NCBI GenBank assembly: GCA_964057225.1
Contig: CAXKVF010000078.1
Coordinates: 124,001-188,000 of the forward strand
DNA length: 64,000 nt
Direction: 5' to 3'
From: Auanema rhodensis
Lineage: Eukaryota > Animalia > Nematoda
Shown here: piece after piece, positions 55,536-64,000 of the stretch
Layout: every line of letters starts with the position of its first letter
Numbering within the stretch: position 1 is the first letter of the stretch
Made by a program: the position numbers and the translations under genes
Notes under the pieces: model-generated
Database searches by the model: none
Told to the model about the DNA's origin: nothing
What the model saw: the letters and a program-made list of their open reading frames with translations, nothing else

Positions 55536-58500
55536 AGTGCACATCACGTGTACATTTAATTAGCATAAATTAAAGTTCACGTAAATTTTAAAGTCATGGT
55601 TACCATGAACCAATATCAATAAAAATTTGTTTTTAGACTAATATGGACATGGGGAATCTAATTTTGAAAACCGCATCTCTTTATCTTTCACGTAAAGCGA
55701 GTTACATACCAAGTGCACATCACGTGTACATTTAATTAGCATAAATTAAAGTTCACGTAAATTTCAAAGTCATGGTTACCATGAACCAATATCAATAAAA
55801 ATTTGTTTTTAGACTAATATGGACATGGGGAATCTAATTTTGAAAACCGCATCTCTTTATCTTTCACGTGAAGCGAGTTACATACCAAGTGCACATCACG
55901 TGTTCATTTAATTAGCATAAATTAAAGTTCACGTAAATTTCAAAGTCATGGTTACCATGAAGCAATATCAATAAAAATTTGTTTTTAGACTAATATGGAC
56001 ATGGGGAATCTAATTTTGAAAACCGCATCTCTTTATCTTTCACGTGAAGCGAGTTACATACCAAGTGCACATCACGTGTACATTTAATTAGCATAAATTA
56101 AAGTTCACGTAAATTTCAAAGTCATGGTTACCATGAACCAATATCAATAAAAATTTGTTTTTAGACTAATATGGACATGGGGAATCTAATTTTGAAAACC
56201 GCATTTCTTTATCTTTCACGTGAAGCGAGTTACATACCAAGTGCACATCACGTGTACATTTAATTAGCATAAATTAAAGTTCACGTAAATTTCAAAGTCA
56301 TGGTTACCATGAACCAATATCAATAAAAATTTGTTTTTAGACTAATATGGACATGGGTAATCTAATTTTGAAAACCGCATCTCTTTATCTTTCACGTGAA
56401 GCGAGTTACATACCAAGTGCACATCACGTGTACATTTAATTAGCATAAATTAAAGTTCACGTAAATTTCAAAGTCATGGTTACCATGAACCAATATCAAT
56501 AAAAATTTGTTTTTAGACTAATATGGACATGGGGAATCTAATTTTGAAAACCGCATTTCTTTATCTTTCACGTGAAGCGAGTTACATACCAAGTGCACAT
56601 CACGTGTACATTTAATTAGCATAAATTAAAGTTCACGTAAATTTCAAAGTCATGGTTACCATGCACCAATATCAATAAAAATTTGTTTTTAGACTAATAT
56701 GGACATGGGGAATCTAATTTTGAAAACCGCATCTCTTTATCTTTCACGTGAAGCGAGTTACATACCAAGTGCACATCACGTGTACATTTAATTAGCATAA
56801 ATTAAAGTTCACGTAAATTTTAAAGTCATGGTTACCATGAACCAATATCAATAAAAATTTGTTTTTAGACTAATATGGACATGGGGAATCTAATTTTGAA
56901 AACCGCATCTCTTTATCTTTCACGTGAAGCGAGTTACATACCAAGTGCACATCACGTGTACATTTAATTAGCATAAATTAAAGTTCACGTAAATTTCAAA
57001 GTCATGGTTACCATGAACTAATATCAATAAAAATTTGTTTTTAGACTAATATGGACATGGAGAATCTAATTTTGAAAACCGCATCTCTTTATCTTTCACG
57101 TGAAGCGAGTTACATACCAAGTGCACATCACGTGTACATTTAATTAGCATAAATTAAAGTTCACGTAAATTTTAAAGTCATGGTTACCATGAACCAATAT
57201 CAATAAAAATTTGTTTTTAGACTAATATGGACATGGGGAATCTAATTTTGAAAACCGCATTTCTTTATCTTTCACGTGAAGCGAGTTACATACCAAGTGC
57301 ACATCACGTGTACATTTAATTAGCATAAATTAAAGTTCACGTAAATTTCAAAGTCATGGTTACCATGAACCAATATCAATAAAAATTTGTTTTTAGACTA
57401 ATATGGACATGGGGAATCTAATTTTGAAAACCGCATCTCTTTATCTTTCACGTGAAGCGAGTTACATACCAAGTGCACATCACGTGTACATTTAATTAGC
57501 ATAAATTAAAGTTCACGTAAATTTCAAAGTCATGGTTACCATGAACCAATATCAATAAAAATTTGTTTTTAGACTAATATGGACATGGGGAATCTAATTT
57601 TGAAAACCGCATTTCTTTATCTTTCACGTGAAGCGAGTTACATACCAAGTGCACATCACGTGTACATTTAATTAGCATAAATTAAAGTTCACGTAAATTT
57701 CAAAGTCATGGTTACCATGCACCAATATCAATAAAAATTTGTTTTTAGACTAATATGGACATGGGGAATCTAATTTTGAAAACCGCATCTCTTTATCTTT
57801 CACGTGAAGCGAGTTACATACCAAGTGCACATCACGTGTACATTTAATTAGCATAAATTAAAGTTCACGTAAATTTCAAAGTCATGGTTACCATGAACTA
57901 ATATCAATAAAAATTTGTTTTTAGACTAATATGGACATGGAGAATCTAATTTTGAAAACCGCATCTCTTTATCTTTCACGTGAAGCGAGTTACATACCAA
58001 GTGCACATCACGTGTACATTTAATTAGCATAAATTAAAGTTCACGTAAATTTTAAAGTCATGGTTACCATGAACCAATATCAATAAAAATTTGTTTTTAG
58101 ACTAATATGGACATGGGGAATCTAATTTTGAAAACCGCATCTCTTTATCTTTCACGTGAAGCGAGTTACATACCAAGTGCACATCACGTGTACATTTAAT
58201 TAGCATAAATTAAAGTTCACGTAAATTTCAAAGTCATGGTTACCATGAACTAATATCAATAAAAATTTGTTTTTAGACTAATATGGACATGGAGAATCTA
58301 ATTTTGAAAACCGCATCTCTTTATCTTTCACGTGAAGCGAGTTACATACCAAGTGCACATCACGTGTACATTTAATTAGCATAAATTAAAGTTCACGTAA
58401 ATTTCAAAGTCATGGTTACCATGAAGCAATATCAATAAAAATTTGTTTTTAGACTAATATGGACATGGGGAATCTAATTTTGAAAACCGCATCTCTTTAT

Positions 58501-61500
58501 CTCTCACGTGAACCGAGTTACATACCAAGTGCACATCACGTGTACATTTAATTAGCATAAATTAAAGTTCACGTAAATTTCAAAGTCATGGTTACCATGA
58601 ACCAATATCAATAAAAATTTGTTTTTAGACTAATATGGACATGGGGAATCTAATTTTGAAAACCGCATCTCTTTATCTTTCACGTGAAGCGAGTTACATA
58701 CCAAGTGCACATCACGTGTACATTTAATTAGCATAAATTAAAGTTCACGTAAATTTCAAAGTCATGGTTACCATGAACCAATATCAATAAAAATTTGTTT
58801 TTAGACTAATATGGACATGGGGAATCTAATTTTGAAAACCGCATCTCTTTATCTTTCACGTGAAGCGAGTTACATACCAAGTGCACATCACGTGTACATT
58901 TAATTAGCATAAATTAAAGTTCACGTAAATTTCAAAGTCATGGTTACCATGAACCAATATCAATAAAAATTTGTTTTCAGACTAATATGGACATGGGGAA
59001 TCTAATTTTGAAAACCGCATCTCTTTATCTTTCACGTGAAGCGAGTTACATACCAAGTGCACATCACGTGTACATTTAATTAGCATAAATTAAAGTTCAC
59101 GTAAATTTCAAAGTCATGGTTACCATGAAGCAATATCAATAAAAATTTGTTTTTAGACTAATATGGACATGGGGAATCTAATTTTGAAAACCGCATCTCT
59201 TTATCTTTCACGTGAAGCGAGTTACATACCAAGTGCACATCACGTGTACATTTAATTAGCATAAATTAAAGTTCACGTAAATTTCAAAGTCATGGTTACC
59301 ATGAACCAATATCAATAAAAATTTGTTTTTAGACTAATATGGACATGGGGAATCTAATTTTGAAAACCGCATTTCTTTATCTTTCACGTGAAGCGAGTTA
59401 CATACCAAGTGCACATCACGTGTACATTTAATTAGCATAAATTAAAGTTCACGTAAATTTCAAAGTCATGGTTACCATGAACCAATATCAATAAAAATTT
59501 GTTTTTAGACTAATATGGACATGGGGAATCTAATTTTGAAAACCGCATCTCTTTATCTTTCACGTGAAGCGAGTTACATACCAAGTGCACATCACGTGTA
59601 CATTTAATTAGCATAAATTAAAGTTCACGTAAATTTCAAAGTCATGGTTACCATGAACCAATATCAATAAAAATTTGTTTTTAGACTAATATGGACATGG
59701 GGAATCTAATTTTGAAAACCGCATTTCTTTATCTTTCACGTGAAGCGAGTTACATACCAAGTGCACATCACGTGTACATTTAATTAGCATAAATTAAAGT
59801 TCACGTAAATTTCAAAGTCATGGTTACCATGCACCAATATCAATAAAAATTTGTTTTTAGACTAATATGGACATGGGGAATCTAATTTTGAAAACCGCAT
59901 CTCTTTATCTTTCACGTGAAGCGAGTTACATACCAAGTGCACATCACGTGTACATTTAATTAGCATAAATTAAAGTTCACGTAAATTTTAAAGTCATGGT
60001 TACCATGAACCAATATCAATAAAAATTTGTTTTTAGACTAATATGGACATGGGGAATCTAATTTTGAAAACCGCATCTCTTTATCTTTCACGTGAAGCGA
60101 GTTACATACCAAGTGCACATCACGTGTACATTTAATTAGCATAAATTAAAGTTCACGTAAATTTCAAAGTCATGGTTACCATGAACTAATATCAATAAAA
60201 ATTTGTTTTTAGACTAATATGGACATGGAGAATCTAATTTTGAAAACCGCATCTCTTTATCTTTCACGTGAAGCGAGTTACATACCAAGTGCACATCACG
60301 TGTACATTTAATTAGCATAAATTAAAGTTCACGTAAATTTTAAAGTCATGGTTACCATGAACCAATATCAATAAAAATTTGTTTTTAGACTAATATGGAC
60401 ATGGGGAATCTAATTTTGAAAACCGCATTTCTTTATCTTTCACGTGAAGCGAGTTACATACCAAGTGCACATCACGTGTACATTTAATTAGCATAAATTA
60501 AAGTTCACGTAAATTTCAAAGTCATGGTTACCATGAACCAATATCAATAAAAATTTGTTTTTAGACTAATATGGACATGGGGAATCTAATTTTGAAAACC
60601 GCATCTCTTTATCTTTCACGTGAAGCGAGTTACATACCAAGTGCACATCACGTGTACATTTAATTAGCATAAATTAAAGTTCACGTAAATTTCAAAGTCA
60701 TGGTTACCATGAACCAATATCAATAAAAATTTGTTTTTAGACTAATATGGACATGGGGAATCTAATTTTGAAAACCGCATTTCTTTATCTTTCACGTGAA
60801 GCGAGTTACATACCAAGTGCACATCACGTGTACATTTAATTAGCATAAATTAAAGTTCACGTAAATTTCAAAGTCATGGTTACCATGCACCAATATCAAT
60901 AAAAATTTGTTTTTAGACTAATATGGACATGGGGAATCTAATTTTGAAAACCGCATCTCTTTATCTTTCACGTGAAGCGAGTTACATACCAAGTGCACAT
61001 CACGTGTACATTTAATTAGCATAAATTAAAGTTCACGTAAATTTTAAAGTCATGGTTACCATGAACCAATATCAATAAAAATTTGTTTTTAGACTAATAT
61101 GGACATGGGGAATCTAATTTTGAAAACCGCATCTCTTTATCTTTCACGTAAAGCGAGTTACATACCAAGTGCACATCACGTGTACATTTAATTAGCATAA
61201 ATTAAAGTTCACGTAAATTTCAAAGTCATGGTTACCATGAACCAATATCAATAAAAATTTGTTTTTAGACTAATATGGACATGGGGAATCTAATTTTGAA
61301 AACCGCATCTCTTTATCTTTCACGTGAAGCGAGTTACATACCAAGTGCACATCACGTGTTCATTTAATTAGCATAAATTAAAGTTCACGTAAATTTCAAA
61401 GTCATGGTTACCATGAAGCAATATCAATAAAAATTTGTTTTTAGACTAATATGGACATGGGGAATCTAATTTTGAAAACCGCATCTCTTTATCTTTCACG

Positions 61501-64000
61501 TGAAGCGAGTTACATACCAAGTGCACATCACGTGTACATTTAATTAGCATAAATTAAAGTTCACGTAAATTTCAAAGTCATGGTTACCATGAACCAATAT
61601 CAATAAAAATTTGTTTTTAGACTAATATGGACATGGGGAATCTAATTTTGAAAACCGCATTTCTTTATCTTTCACGTGAAGCGAGTTACATACCAAGTGC
61701 ACATCACGTGTACATTTAATTAGCATAAATTAAAGTTCACGTAAATTTCAAAGTCATGGTTACCATGAACCAATATCAATAAAAATTTGTTTTTAGACTA
61801 ATATGGACATGGGGAATCTAATTTTGAAAACCGCATCTCTTTATCTTTCACGTGAAGCGAGTTACATACCAAGTGCACATCACGTGTACATTTAATTAGC
61901 ATAAATTAAAGTTCACGTAAATTTCAAAGTCATGGTTACCATGAACCAATATCAATAAAAATTTGTTTTTAGACTAATATGGACATGGGGAATCTAATTT
62001 TGAAAACCGCATTTCTTTATCTTTCACGTGAAGCGAGTTACATACCAAGTGCACATCACGTGTACATTTAATTAGCATAAATTAAAGTTCACGTAAATTT
62101 CAAAGTCATGGTTACCATGCACCAATATCAATAAAAATTTGTTTTTAGACTAATATGGACATGGGGAATCTAATTTTGAAAACCGCATCTCTTTATCTTT
62201 CACGTGAAGCGAGTTACATACCAAGTGCACATCACGTGTACATTTAATTAGCATAAATTAAAGTTCACGTAAATTTTAAAGTCATGGTTACCATGAACCA
62301 ATATCAATAAAAATTTGTTTTTAGACTAATATGGACATGGGGAATCTAATTTTGAAAACCGCATCTCTTTATCTTTCACGTGAAGCGAGTTACATACCAA
62401 GTGCACATCACGTGTACATTTAATTAGCATAAATTAAAGTTCACGTAAATTTCAAAGTCATGGTTACCATGAACTAATATCAATAAAAATTTGTTTTTAG
62501 ACTAATATGGACATGGAGAATCTAATTTTGAAAACCGCATCTCTTTATCTTTCACGTGAAGCGAGTTACATACCAAGTGCACATCACGTGTACATTTAAT
62601 TAGCATAAATTAAAGTTCACGTAAATTTTAAAGTCATGGTTACCATGAACCAATATCAATAAAAATTTGTTTTTAGACTAATATGGACATGGGGAATCTA
62701 ATTTTGAAAACCGCATTTCTTTATCTTTCACGTGAAGCGAGTTACATACCAAGTGCACATCACGTGTACATTTAATTAGCATAAATTAAAGTTCACGTAA
62801 ATTTCAAAGTCATGGTTACCATGAACCAATATCAATAAAAATTTGTTTTTAGACTAATATGGACATGGGGAATCTAATTTTGAAAACCGCATCTCTTTAT
62901 CTTTCACGTGAAGCGAGTTACATACCAAGTGCACATCACGTGTACATTTAATTAGCATAAATTAAAGTTCACGTAAATTTCAAAGTCATGGTTACCATGA
63001 ACCAATATCAATAAAAATTTGTTTTTAGACTAATATGGACATGGGGAATCTAATTTTGAAAACCGCATTTCTTTATCTTTCACGTGAAGCGAGTTACATA
63101 CCAAGTGCACATCACGTGTACATTTAATTAGCATAAATTAAAGTTCACGTAAATTTAAAAGTCATGGTTACCATGCACCAATATCAATAAAAATTTGTTT
63201 TTAGACTAATATGGACATGGGGAATCTAATTTTGAAAACCGCATCTCTTTATCTTTCACGTGAAGCGAGTTACATACCAAGTGCACATCACGTGTACATT
63301 TAATTAGCATAAATTAAAGTTCACGTAAATTTTAAAGTCATGGTTACCATGAACCAATATCAATAAAAATTTGTTTTTAGACTAATATGGACATGGGGAA
63401 TCTAATTTTGAAAACCGCATCTCTTTATCTTTCACGTGAAGCGAGTTACATACCAAGTGCACATCACGTGTACATTTAATTAGCATAAATTAAAGTTCAC
63501 GTAAATTTCAAAGTCATGGTTACCATGAACTAATATCAATAAAAATTTGTTTTTAGACTAATATGGACATGGAGAATCTAATTTTGAAAACCGCATCTCT
63601 TTATCTTTCACGTGAAGCGAGTTACATACCAAGTGCACATCACGTGTACATTTAATTAGCATAAATTAAAGTTCACGTAAATTTTAAAGTCATGGTTACC
63701 ATGAACCAATATCAATAAAAATTTGTTTTTAGACTAATATGGACATGGGGAATCTAATTTTGAAAACCGCATCTCTTTATCTTTCACGTGAAGCGAGTTA
63801 CATACCAAGTGCACATCACGTGTACATTTAATTAGCATAAATTAAAGTTCACGTAAATTTCAAAGTCATGGTTACCATGAACTAATATCAATAAAAATTT
63901 GTTTTTAGACTAATATGGACATGGAGAATCTAATTTTGAAAACCGCATCTCTTTATCTTTCACGTGAAGCGAGTTACATACCAAGTGCACATCACGTGTA
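55536..64000 (+). repeat. Block repeated at a 31-monomer (5456-bp) offset: about 55536-58351 and 60992 to the end
   Basis: G159A 55694/61150, A17T 55904/61360, and C54T+C142T monomers 57120/62576. Confidence 0.8.

Larger units (their letters stand above)
1..64000. repeat. Tandem satellite DNA array, 176-bp monomer, 364 complete copies plus a 17-bp partial; candidate centromeric/pericentromeric satellite; both ends run out of the window
   Basis: AGTGCACATC recurs at 1, 177, 353 and so on. Phase checks at 22705, 22842, 23722, 23859, 47795, 47970, 49554, 49729, 52721, 52896 and 63984 account for the full length (364x176 - 2x39 - 3x1 = 63983). All copies are in one orientation. The centromeric label is inferred from monomer size and homogeneity. 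Confidence 0.99.
46211..64000 (+). repeat. Distal domain built from a variable-length HOR (canonical order: A17T+C75G, C142T, consensus, C142T, A73C, C54T, C76T+G118A, C54T...)
   Basis: A17T recurs at 46579, 48162, 49921, 51153, 53088, 54320, 55904 and 61360. C54T and C76T+G118A were seen only in this domain. Confidence 0.85.

Noticed and set aside
1-64000. CRISPR array or other repeat-spacer system
   Set aside because: There are no unique spacers: the whole 176 bp repeats. No cas genes or leader sequence are present.
1-64000. Pure assembly or sequencing artefact (concatemer or collapsed repeat)
   Set aside because: Variants, including indels, recur in ordered, linked, domain-specific patterns that random error would not produce. 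Local copy-number errors remain possible.

Overview
The whole 64-kb window is one uninterrupted head-to-tail tandem satellite array. It holds 364 complete monomers plus 17 bp of a 176-bp AT-rich unit (about 32% GC). The consensus, phased at position 1, is AGTGCACATCACGTGTACATTTAATTAGCATAAATTAAAGTTCACGTAAATTTCAAAGTCATGGTTACCATG[A/C]ACCAATATCAATAAAAATTTGTTTTTAGACTAATATGGACATGGGGAATCTAATTTTGAAAACCGCATCTCTTTATCTTTCACGTGAAGCGAGTTACATACCA. Variants are written by monomer position, e.g. A73C. Monomers typically differ from the consensus at 0-3 sites. Only five have a net length change: two of 137 bp and three of 175 bp. I found no gene, RNA gene, CRISPR array, transposon insertion or inversion, and the 12 listed ORFs are by-products of point mutations that remove one stop codon. 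A nucleosome-sized unit, about 99% homogeneity and nested higher-order repeats (HORs) fit a young eukaryotic centromeric or pericentromeric satellite. I do not recognise the family or host, and centromere function is inference only. The structure worth following up is: (i) a palindrome-rich monomer with three TCACGT cores spaced 32-33 bp apart, one an exact RTCACRTG (CDEI-type) match; (ii) domains with private variants and block duplications of 3 to 47 monomers; (iii) clustered mutations that perfect local inverted repeats; and (iv) CpG-creating variants outnumbering CpG-destroying transitions. No novel protein-coding system is supported. All variant calls were made by eye and need computational confirmation.
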